Below are positions 1 to 11,600 of a stretch of DNA of 64,000 bases, one piece after another. Each line of letters starts with the position of its first letter. Within the stretch, counting starts at the first letter, position 1. The position numbers and the translations under genes are program-made. The stretch is from Tubulanus polymorphus (taxonomy: Eukaryota; Animalia; Nemertea). The stretch covers positions 186,001 through 250,000 of the forward strand of contig NC_134028.1 in NCBI RefSeq assembly GCF_964204645.1, in the 5' to 3' direction. Below the pieces are notes generated by a model. It was not told where the DNA came from, ran no database searches, and saw nothing but the letters and a program-made list of their open reading frames with translations.

Positions 1-510
1 ATCAGTTCAGTACACCCTAACCCATAAATTAAGATAGAATTCATCATCTTTAGGACCCTATTTTGCAAGAAAAATCTGTATCTTTCAGTCCATCTACTCG
101 AAATCAGTTCAGTTTACCTTAACCTATCATTTCAGATCGAGTCCATCATCTTCAGGAGCATAAATAGCCAGAAAATTCTTAATCTTTCCACCTATCTATT
201 TGAAATCAGTTCAATACGCCTTAGCCCATCTTTTCAGATTGAGTCCATCATCTTCAGAACCAAAGGCAGCCAGAAAATTCTGATTCTTTCCACCTATCTA
301 TTTGAAATCAGTTCAGTTCACCCTAACTCATCAATTAAGATAGAATTCATCATCTTTAGGACCCTATTTTGAAAGAAAAATCTGTATCTTTCAGTCCATC
401 TACTCGAAATCAGTTCAGTTTACCTTAACCTATCATTTCAGATCGAGTTCATCATCTTCAGGAGCATAAATAGCCAGAAAATTCTTAATCTTTCCACCTA
501 TCTATTTGAA

Positions 511-612
511 ATCAGTTCAATACGCCTTAGCCCATCTTTTCAGATTGAGTCCATCATCTTCAGAACCAAAGGCAGCCAGAAAATTCTGATTCTTTCCACC
601 TATCTATTTGAA
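511..612 (+). repeat. Monomer type C (exemplar)
   Basis: ATCAGTTCAATACGCCTTAGCCCATCTTTTCAGATTGAGTCCATCATCTTCAGAACCAAAGGCAGCCAGAAAATTCTGATTCTTTCCACCTATCTATTTGAA. The 3' ~39 bp are nearly identical to B. Confidence 0.95.
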
Positions 613-1020
613 ATCAGTTCAGTTCACCCTAACTCATCAATTAAGATAGAATTCATCATCTTTAGGACCCTATTTTGCAAGAAAAACCTGTATCTTTCAG
701 TCCATCTGCTCGAAATCAGTTCAGTTTACCTTAACCTATCATTTCAGATCGAGTCCATCATCTTCAGGAGCATAAATAGCCAGAAAATTCTTAATCTTTC
801 CACCTATCTATTTGAAATCAGTTCAATACGCCTTAACACATCTTTTCAGATTGAATCCATCATCTTCAGAACCAAAAGCAGCCAGAAAATTCTGATTCTT
901 TCAACCTATCTATTTGAAATCAGTTCAGTACACCCTAACCCATCAATTAAGATAGAACTCATCATCTTTAGGACCCTATTTTGCAAGAAAAATCTGTATC
1001 TTTCAGTCCATCTGCTCGAA

Positions 1021-1122
1021 ATCAGTTCAGTTTACCTTAACCTATCATTTCAGATCGAGTCCATCATCTTCAGGAGCATAAATAGCCAGAAAATTCTTAA
1101 TCTTTCCACCTATCTATTTGAA
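1021..1122 (+). repeat. Monomer type B (exemplar)
   Basis: ATCAGTTCAGTTTACCTTAACCTATCATTTCAGATCGAGTCCATCATCTTCAGGAGCATAAATAGCCAGAAAATTCTTAATCTTTCCACCTATCTATTTGAA. 25 differences from A and 16 from C by hand alignment, no gaps. Confidence 0.95.
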
Positions 1123-1224
1123 ATCAGTTCAATACGCCTTAACACATCTTTTCAGATTGAATCCATCATCTTCAGAACCAAAAGCAGCCAGAAAATTCTT
1201 AATCTTTCAACCTATCTATTTGAA
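1123..1224 (+). repeat. Monomer subtype C' (exemplar)
   Basis: C variant with linked alleles AACACA (vs AGCCCA), GAATCC (vs GAGTCC), AAAAGC (vs AAAGGC) and TCAACC (vs TCCACC). Recurs throughout the array. Confidence 0.9.
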
Positions 1225-1530
1225 ATCAGTTCAGTACACCCTAACCCATCAATTAAGATAGAATTCATCATCTTTAGGACCCTATTTTGCAAGAAAAATC
1301 TGTATCTTTCAGTCCACCTACTCGAAATCAGTTCAGTTTACCTTAACCTATCATTTCAGATCGAGTCCATCATCTTCAGGAGCATAAATAGCCAGAAAAT
1401 TCTTAATCTTTCCACCTATCTATTTGAAATCAGTTCAATACGCCTTAGCCCATCTTTTCAGATTGAGTCCATCATCTTCAGAACCAAAGGCAGCCAGAAA
1501 ATTCTGATTCTTTCCACCTATCTATTTGAA

Positions 1531-1734
1531 ATCAGTTCAGTTCACCCTAACCCATCAATTAAGATAGAATTCATCATCTTTAGGACCCTATTTTGCAAGA
1601 AAAATCTGTATCTTTCAGTCCATCTACTCGAAATCAGTTCAGTTTACCTTAACCTATCATTTCAGATCGAGTCCATAATCTTCAGGAGCATAAATAGACA
1701 GAAAATTCTTAATCTTTCCACCTATCCATTTGAA
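1531..1734 (+). repeat. 204-bp AB dimer, i.e. trimer lacking C (exemplar)
   Basis: B at 1633 is followed directly by A at 1735. Dimer-terminating B monomers carry diagnostic alleles (TATCCA; or AATAAC plus TCAACCTATCTG; or GAGTCA). Confidence 0.92.
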
Positions 1735-2550
1735 ATCAGTTCAGTACACCCTAACCCATCAATTAAGATAGAATTCATCATCTTTAGGACCCTATTTTGC
1801 AAGAAAAATCTGTATCTTTCAGTCCATCTACTCGAAATCAGTTCAGTTTATCTTAACCTATCATTTCAGATCGAGTCCATCATCTTCAGGAGCATAAATA
1901 GCCAGAAAATTCTTAATCTTTCCACCTATCTATTTGAAATCAGTTCAATACGCCTTAGCCCATCTTTTCAGATTGAGTCCATCATCTTCAGAACCAAAGG
2001 CAGCCAGAAAATTCTGATTCTTTCCACCTATCTATTTGAAATCAGTTCAGTTCACCCTAACTCATCAATTAAGATAGAATTCATCATCTTTAGGACCCTA
2101 TTTTGCAAGAAAAATCTGTATCTTTCAGTCCATCTACTCGAAATCAGTTCAGTTTACCTTAACCTATCATTTCAGATCGAGTCCATCATCTTCAGGAGCA
2201 TAAATAGCCAGAAAATTCTTAATCTTTCCACCTATCTATTTGAAATCAGTTCAATACGCCTTAGCCCATCTTTTCAGATTGAGTCCATCATCTTCAGAAC
2301 CAAAGGCAGCCAGAAAATTCTGATTCTTTCCACCTATCTATATGAAATCAGTTCAGTTCACCCTAACTCATCAATTAAGATAGAATTCATCATCTTTAGG
2401 ACCCTATTTTGCAAGAAAAATCTGTATATTTCAGTCCATCTACTCGAAATCAGTTCAGTTTACCTTAACCTATCATTTCAGATCGAGTCCATCATCTTCA
2501 GGAGCATAAATAACCAGAAAATTCTTAATCTTTCAACCTATCTGTTTGAA

Positions 2551-2652
2551 ATCAGTTCAGTACACCCTAACCCATCAATTAAGATAGAATTCATCATCTT
2601 TAGGACCCTATTTTGCAAGAAAAATCTGTATCTTTCAGTCCATCTACTCGAA
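2551..2652 (+). repeat. Monomer type A (exemplar)
   Basis: ATCAGTTCAGTACACCCTAACCCATCAATTAAGATAGAATTCATCATCTTTAGGACCCTATTTTGCAAGAAAAATCTGTATCTTTCAGTCCATCTACTCGAA. Carries an EcoRI site (GAATTC) and a CCCTAACCC motif. Intact A monomers are followed by B. Confidence 0.95.
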
Positions 2653-5600
2653 ATCAGTTCAGTTTACCTTAACCTATCATTTCAGATCGAGTCCATCATC
2701 TTCAGGAGCATAAATAACCAGAAAATTCTTAATCTTTCCACCTATCTATTTGAAATCAGTTCAATACGCCTTAGCCCATCTTTTCAGATTCAGTCCATCA
2801 TCTTCAGAACCAAAGGCAGCCAGAAAATTCTTAATCTTTCCACCTATCTGTTTGAAATCAGTTCAGTTCACCCTAACCCATCAATTTAGATAGAATTCAT
2901 CATCTTTAGGACCCTATTTTGCATGAAAAACCTGTATCTTTCAGTCCATCTGCTCGAAATCAGTTCAGTTTACCTTAACCTATCATTTCAGATCGAGTCC
3001 ATCATCTTCAGGAGCATAAATAGCCAGAAAATTCTTAATCTTTCCACCTATCTATTTGAAATCAGTTCAATACGCCTTAACACATCTTTTCAGATTGAAT
3101 CCATCATCTTCAGAACCAAAAGCAGCCAGAAAATTCTTAATCTTTCAACCTATCTATTTGAAATCAGTTCAGTACACCCTAACCCATCATTTAAGATAGA
3201 ACTCATCATCTTTAGGACCCTATTTTGCAATAAAAATCTGTGTCTTTCAGTCCATCTGCTCGAAATCAGTTCAGTTTACCTTAACCTATCATTTCAGATC
3301 GAGTCCATCATCTTCAGGAGCATAAATAGCCAGAAAATTCTTAATCTTTCCACCTATCTATTTGAAATCAGTTCAATACGCCTTAACACATCTTTTCAGA
3401 TTGAATCCATCATCTTCAGAACCAAAAGCAGCCAGAAAATTCTTAATCTTTCAACCTATCTATTTGAAATCAGTTCAGTACACCCTAACCCATAAATTAA
3501 GATAGAATTCATCATCTTTAGGACCCTATTTTGCAAGAAAAATCTGTATCTTTCAGTCCATCTACTCGAAATCAGTTCAGTTTACCTTAACCTATCATTT
3601 CAGATCGAGTCCATCATCTTCAGGAGCATAAATAGCCAGAAAATTCTTAATCTTTCCACCTATCTATTTGAAATCAGTTCAATACGCCTTAGCCCATCTT
3701 TTCAGATTGAGTCCATCATCTTCAGAACCAAAGGCAGCCAGAAAATTCTGATTCTTTCCACCTATCTATTTGAAATCAGTTCAGTTCACCCTAACTCATC
3801 AATTAAGATAGAATTCATCATCTTTAGGACCCTATTTTGCAAGAAAAATCTGTATCTTTCAGTCCATCTACTCGAAATCAGTTCAGTTTACCTTAACCTA
3901 TCATTTCAGATCGAGTCCATCATCTTCAGGAGCATAAATAGCCAGAAAATTCTTAATCTTTCCACCTATCTATTTGAAATCAGTTCAATACGCCTTAGCC
4001 CATCTTTTCAGATTGAGTCCATCATCTTCAGAACCAAAGGCAGCCAGAAAATTCTGATTCTTTCCACCTATCTATTTGAAATCAGTTCAGTTCACCCTAA
4101 CTCATCAATTAAGATAGAATTCATCATCTTTAGGACCCTATTTTGCAAGAAAAATCTGTATCTTTCAGTCCATCTACTCGAAATCAGTTCAGTTTACCTT
4201 AACCTATCATTTCAGATCGAGTCCATCATCTTCAGGAGCATAAATAACCAGAAAATTCTTAATCTTTCAACCTATCTGTTTGAAATCAGTTCAGTACACC
4301 CTAACCCATCAATTAAGATAGAATTCATCATCTTTAGGACCCTATTTTGCAAGAAAAATCTGTATCTTTCAGTCCATCTACTCGAAATCAGTTCAGTTTA
4401 CCTTAACCTATCATTTCAGATCGAGTCCATCATCTTCAGGAGCATAAATAACCAGAAAATTCTTAATCTTTCCACCTATCTATTTGAAATCAGTTCAATA
4501 CGCCTTAGCCCATCTTTTCAGATTCAGTCCATCATCTTCAGAACCAAAGGCAGCCAGAAAATTCTTAATCTTTCCACCTATCTGTTTGAAATCAGTTCAG
4601 TTCACCCTAACCCATCAATTTAGATAGAATTCATCATCTTTAGGACCCTATTTTGCAAGAAAAACCTGTATCTTTCAGTCCATCTGCTCGAAATCAGTTC
4701 AGTTTACCTTAACCTATCATTTCAGATCGAGTCCATCATCTTCAGGAGCATAAATAGCCAGAAAATTCTTAATCTTTCCACCTATCTATTTGAAATCAGT
4801 TCAATACGCCTTAACACATCTTTTCAGATTGAATCCATCATCTTCAGAACCAAAAGCAGCCAGAAAATTCTGATTCTTTCAACCTATCTATTTGAAATCA
4901 GTTCAGTACACCCTAACCCATCAATTAAGATAGAACTCATCATCTTTAGGACCCTATTTTGCAAGAAAAATCTGTATCTTTCAGTCCATCTACTCGAAAT
5001 CAGTTCAGTTTACCTTAACCTATCATTTCAGATCGAGTCCATCATCTTCAGGAGCATAAATAGCCAGAAAATTCTTAATCTTTCCACCTATCCATTTGAA
5101 ATCAGTTCAGTACACCCTAACCCATCAATTAAGATAGAATTCATCATCTTTAGGACCCTATTTTGCAAGAAAAATCTGTATCTTTCAGTCCATCTACTCG
5201 AAATCAGTTCAGTTTACCTTAACCTATCATTTCAGATCGAGTCCATCATCTTCAGGAGCATAAATAGCCAGAAAATTCTTAATCTTTCCACCTATCTATT
5301 TGAAATCAGTTCAATACGCCTTAGCCCATCTTTTCAGATTGAGTCCATCATCTTCAGAACCAAAGGCAGCCAGAAAATTCTGATTCTTTCCACCTATCTA
5401 TTTGAAATCAGTTCAGTTCACCCTAACTCATCAATTAAGATAGAATTCATCATCTTTAGGACCCTATTTTGCAAGAAAAATCTGTATCTTTCAGTCCATC
5501 TACTCGAAATCAGTTCAGTTTACCTTAACCTATCATTTCAGATCGAGTCCATCATCTTCAGGAGCATAAATAGCCAGAAAATTCTTAATCTTTCCACCTA

Positions 5601-8600
5601 TCTATTTGAAATCAGTTCAATACGCCTTAGCCCATCTTTTCAGATTGAGTCCATCATCTTCAGAACCAAAGGCAGCCAGAAAATTCTGATTCTTTCCACC
5701 TATCTATTTGAAATCAGTTCAGTTCACCCTAACTCATCAATTAAGATAGAATTCATCATCTTTAGGACCCTATTTTGCAAGAAAAATCTGTATCTTTCAG
5801 TCCATCTACTCGAAATCAGTTCAGTTTACCTTAACCTATCATTTCAGATCGAGTCCATCATCTTCAGGAGCATAAATAACCAGAAAATTCTTAATCTTTC
5901 AACCTATCTGTTTGAAATCAGTTCAGTACACCCTAACCCATCAATTAAGATAGAATTCATCATCTTTAGGACCCTATTTTGCAAGAAAAATCTGTATCTT
6001 TCAGTCCATCTACTCGAAATCAGTTCAGTTTACCTTAACCTATCATTTCAGATCGAGTCCATCATCTTCAGGAGCATAAATAACCAGAAAATTCTTAATC
6101 TTTCCACCTATCTATTTGAAATCAGTTCAATACGCCTTAGCCCATCTTTTCAGATTCAGTCCATCATCTTCAGAACCAAAGGCAGCCAGAAAATTCTTAA
6201 TCTTTCCACCTATCTGTTTGAAATCAGTTCAGTTCACCCTAACCCATCAATTTAGATAGAATTCATCATCTTTAGGACCCTATTTTGCAAGAAAAACCTA
6301 TATCTTTCAGTCCATCTGCTCGAAATCAGTTCAGTCTACCTTAACCTATCATTTCAGATCGAGTCCATCATCTTCAGGAGCATAAATAGCCAGAAAATTC
6401 TTAATCTTTCCACCTATCTATTTGAAATCAGTTCAATACGCCTTAACACATCTTTTCAGATTGAATCCATCATCTTCAGAACCAAAAGCAGCCAGAAAAT
6501 TCTGATTCTTTCAACCTATCTATTTGAAATCAGTTCAGTACACCCTAACCCATCAATTAAGATAGAACTCATCATCTTTAGGACCCTATTTTGCAAGAAA
6601 AATCTGTATCTTTCAGTCCATCTGCTCGAAATCAGTTCAGTTTACCTTAACCTATCATTTCAGATCGAGTCCATCATCTTCAGGAGCATAAATAGCCAGA
6701 AAATTCTTAATCTTTCCACCTATCTATTTGAAATCAGTTCAATACGCCTTAACACATCTTTTCAGATTGAATCCATCATCTTCAGAACCAAAAGCAGCCA
6801 GAAAATTCTTAATCTTTCAACCTATCTATTTGAAATCAGTTCAGTACACCCTAACCCATCAATTAAGATAGAATTCATCATCTTTAGGACCCTATTTTGC
6901 AAGAAAAATCTGTATCTTTCAGTCCATCTACTCGAAATCAGTTCAGTTTACCTTAACCTATCATTTCAGATCGAGTCCATCATCTTCAGGAGCATAAATA
7001 GCAAGGAAATTCTTAATCTTTCCACCTATCTATTTGAAATCAGTTCAATACGCCTTAACACATCTTTTCAGATTGAATCCATCATCTTCAGAACCAAAAG
7101 CAGCCAGAAAATTCTGATTCTTTCAACCTATCTATTTGAAATCAGTTCAGTACACCCTAACCCATCAATTAAGATAGAATTCATCATCTTTAGGACCCTA
7201 TTTTGCAAGAAAAACCTGTATCTTTCAGTCCATCTGCTCGAAATCAGTTCAGTTTACCTTAACCTATCATTTCAGATCGAGTCCATCATCTTCAGGAGCA
7301 TAAATAACCAGAAAATTCTTAATCTTTCCACCTATCTATTTGAAATCAGTTCAATACGCCTTAGCCCATCTTTTCAGATTCAGTCCATCATCTTCAGAAC
7401 CAAAGGCAGCCAGATAATTCTTAATCTTTCCACCTATCTGTTTGAAATCAGTTCAGTTCACCCTAACCCATCAATTTAGATAGAATTCATCATCTTTAGG
7501 ACCCTATTTTGCAAGAAAACCCTGTATCTTTCAGTCCATCTGCTCGAAATCAGTTCAGTTTACCTTAACCTATCATTTCAGATCGAGTCCATCATCTTCA
7601 GGAGCATAAATAGCCACGAAATTCTTAATCTTTCAACCTATCTGTTTGAAATCAGTTCAGTACACCCTAACCCATCAATTAAGATAGAATTCATCATCTT
7701 TAGGACCCTATTTTGCAAGAAAAATCTGTATCTTTCAGTCCATCTACTCGAAATCAGTTCAGTTTACCTTAACCTATCATTTCAGATCGAGTCCATCATC
7801 TTCAGGAGCATAAATAGCCAGAAAATTCTTAATCTTTCCACCTATCTATTTGAAATCAGTTCAATACGCCTTAGCCCATCTTTTCAGATTGAGTCCATCA
7901 TCTTCAGAACCAAAGGCAGCCAGAAAATTCTGATTCTTTCCACCTATCTATTTGAAATCAGTTCAGTTCACCCTAACTCATCAATTAAGATAGAAGTCAT
8001 CATCTTTAGGACCCTATTTTGCAAGAAAAATCTGTATCTTTCAGTCCATCTACTCGAAATCAGTTCAGTTTACCTTAACCTATCATTTCAGATCGAGTCC
8101 ATCATCTTCAGGAGCATAAATAACCAGAAAATTCTTAATCTTTCAACCTATCTGTTTGAAATCAGTTCAGTACACCCTAACCCATCAATTAAGATAGAAT
8201 TCATCATCTTTAGGACCCTATTTTGCAAGAAAAATCTGTATCTTTCAGTCCATCTACTCGAAATCAGTTCATTTTACCTTAACCTATCATTTCAGATCGA
8301 GTCCATCATCTTCAGGAGCATAAATAACCAGAAAATTCTTAATCTTTCCACCTATCTATTTGAAATCAGTTCAATACGCCTTAGCCCATCTTTTCAGATT
8401 CAGTCCATCATCTTCAGAACCAAAGGCAGCCAGAAAATTCTTAATCTTTCCACCTATCTGTTTGAAATCAGTTCAGTTCACCCTAACCCATCAATTTAGA
8501 TAGAATTCATCATCTTTAGGACCCTATTTTGCAAGAAAAACCCGTATCTTTCAGTCCATCTGCTCGAAATCAGTTCAGTTTACCTTAACCTATCATTTCA

Positions 8601-11600
8601 GATCGAGTCCATCATCTTCAGGAGCATAAATAGCCAGAAAATTCTTAATCTTTCCACCTATCTATTTGAAATCAGTTCAATACGCCTTAACACATCTTTT
8701 CAGATTGAATCCATCATCTTCAGAACCAAAAGCAGCCAGAAAATTCTGATTCTTTCAACCTATCTATTTGAAATCAGTTCAGTACACCCTAACCCATCAA
8801 TTAAGATAGAACTCATCATCTTTAGGACCCTATTTTGCAAGAAAAATCTGTATCTTTCAGTCCATCTGCTCGAAATCAGTTCAGTTTACCTTAACCTATC
8901 ATTTCAGATCGAGTCCATCATCTTCAGGAGCATAAATAGCCAGAAAATTCTTAATCTTTCCACCTATCTATTTGAAATCAGTTCAATACGCCTTAACACA
9001 TCTTTTCAGATTGAATCCATCATCTTCAGAACCAAAAGCAGCCAGAAAATTCTTAATCTTTCAACCTATCTATTTGAAATCAGTTCAGTACACCCTAACC
9101 CATCAATTAAGATAGAATTCATCATCTTTAGGACCCTATTTTGCAAGAAAAATCTGTATCTTTCAGTCCATCTACTCGAAATCAGTTCAGTTTACCTTAA
9201 CCTATCATTTCAGATCGAGTCCATCATCTTCAGGAGCATAAATAGCCAGAAAATTCTTAATCTTTCCACCTATCTATTTGAAATCAGTTCAATACGCCTT
9301 AGCCCATCTTTTCAGATTGAGTCCATCATCTTCAGAACCAAAGGCAGCCAGAAAATTCTGATTCTTTCCACCTATCTATTTGAAATCAGTTCAGTTCACC
9401 CTAACCCATCAATTAAGATAGAATACATCATCTTTAGGACCCTATTTTGCAAGAAAAATCTGTATCTTTCAGTCCATCTACTCGAAATCAGTTCAGTTTA
9501 CCTTAACCTATCATTTCAGATCGAGTCCATCATCTTCAGGAGCATAAATAGCCAGAAAATTCTTAATCTTTCCAACTATCCATTTGAAATCAGTTCAGCA
9601 CACCCTAACCCATCAATTAAGATAGAATTCATCATCTTTAGGACCCTATTTTGCAAGAAAAATCTGTATCTTTCAGTCCATCTACTCGAAATCAGTTCAG
9701 TTTACCTTAACCTATCATTTCAGATCGAGTCCATCATCTTCAGGAGCATAAATAGCCAGAAAATTCTTAATCTTTCCACCTATCTATTTGAAATCAGTTC
9801 AATACGCCTTAGCCCATCTTTTCAGATTGAGTCCATCATCTTCAGAGCCAAAGGCAGCCAGAAAATTCTGATTCTTTCCACCTATCTATTTGAAATCAGT
9901 TCAGTTCACCCTAACCCATCAATTAAGATAGAATTCATCATCTTTAGGACCCTATTTTGCAAGAAAAATCTGTATCTTTCAGTCCATCTACTCGAAATCA
10001 GTTCAGTTTACCTTAACCTATCATTTCAGATCGAGTCCATCATCTTCAGGAGCATAAATAGCCAGAAAATTCTTAATCTTTCCACCTATCCATTTGAAAT
10101 CAGTTCAGTACACCCTAACCCATCAATTAAGATAGAATTCATCATCTTTAGGACCCTATTTTGCAAGAAAAATCTGTATCTTTCAGTCCATCTACTCGAA
10201 TTCAGTTCAGTTTACCTTAACCTATCATTTCAGATCGAGTCCATCATCTTCAGGAGCATAAATAGCCAGAAAATTCTTAATCTTTCCACCTATCTATTTG
10301 AAATCAGTTCAATACGCCTTAGCCCATCTTTTCAGATTGAGTCCATCATCTTCAGAACCAAAGGCAGCCAGAAAATTCTGATTCTTTCCACCTATCTATT
10401 TGAAATCAGTTCAGTTCACCCTAACTCATCAATTAAGATAGAATTCATCATCTTTAGGACCCTATTTTGCAAGAAAAATCTGTATCTTTCAGTCCATCTA
10501 CTCGAAATCAGTTCAGTTTACCTTAACCTATCATTTCAGATCGAGTCCATCATCTTCAGGAGCATAAATAGCCAGAAAATTCTTAATCTTTCCACCTATC
10601 TATTTGAAATCAGTTCAATACGCCTTAGCCCATCTTTTCAGATTGAGTCCATCATCTTCAGAACCAAAGGCAGCCAGAAAATTCTGATTCTTTCCACCTA
10701 TCTATTTGAAATCAGTTCAGTTCACCCTAACTCATCAATTAAGATAGAATTCATCATCTTTAGGACCCTATTTTGCAAGAAAAATCTGTATCTTTCAGTC
10801 CATCTACTCGAAATCAGTTCAGTTTACCTTAACCTATCATTTCAGATCGAGTCCATCATCTTCAGGAGCATAAATAACCAGAAAATTCTTAATCTTTCAA
10901 CCTATCTGTTTGAAATCAGTTCAGTACACCCTAACCCATCAATTAAGATAGAATTCATCATCTTTAGGACCCTATTTTGCAAGAAAAATCTGTATCTTTC
11001 AGTCCATCTACTCGAAATCAGTTCAGTTTACCTTAACCTATCATTTCAGATCGAGTCCATCATCTTCAGGAGCATAAATAACCAGAAAATTCTTAATCTT
11101 TCCACCTATCTATTTGAAATCAGTTCAATACGCCTTAGCCCATCTTTTCAGATTCAGTCCATCATCTTCAGAACCAAAGGCAGCCAGAAAATTCTTAATC
11201 TTTCCACCTATCTGTTTGAAATCAGTTCAGTTCACCCTAACCCATCAATTTAGATAGAATTCATCATCTTTAGGACCCTATTTTGCAAGAAAAACCTGTA
11301 TCTTTCAGTCCATCTGCTCGAAATCAGTTCAGTTTACCTTAACCTATCATTTCAGATCGAGTCCATCATCTTCAGGAGCATAAATAGCCAGAAAATTCTT
11401 AATCTTTCCACCTATCTATTTGAAATCAGTTCAATACGCCTTAACACATCTTTTCAGATTGAATCCATCATCTTCAGAACCAAAAGCAGCCAGAAAATTC
11501 TGATTCTTTCAACCTATCTATTTGAAATCAGTTCAGTACACCCTAACCCATCAATTAAGATAGAACTCATCATCTTTAGGACCCTATTTTGCAAGAAAAA

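Larger units (their letters stand above)
919..1224 (+). repeat. 306-bp ABC trimer, the basic higher-order unit (exemplar)
   Basis: A-B-C order is the dominant pattern across the window. The ORF translations show the matching 102-aa periodicity. Confidence 0.95.

Noticed and set aside
15-23. Telomere-like CCCTAACCC in monomer A
   Set aside because: Only 1.5 units per A monomer, often mutated to CCCTAACTC and degenerate in B and C. It is not a telomeric tract and has too few G-runs for a G-quadruplex. A subtelomeric origin cannot be inferred from it.
184-195. Minus-strand IGGK resembling TALE 'NIGGKQ'
   Set aside because: It is a four-residue match flanked by stops, and the spacing to the downstream GL does not fit the TALE repeat.
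1-306. Tandem 5S rRNA, tRNA, snRNA or spliced-leader gene array
   Set aside because: There are no recognisable Pol III A/B/C boxes, cloverleaf or 5S sequence. The unit is too short and AT-rich, with no gene-plus-spacer organisation.
2923-3495. 190-aa ORF
   Set aside because: The ATG comes from a singleton AAG>ATG SNP and the stop from a TCA>TAA variant. The content is pure satellite.
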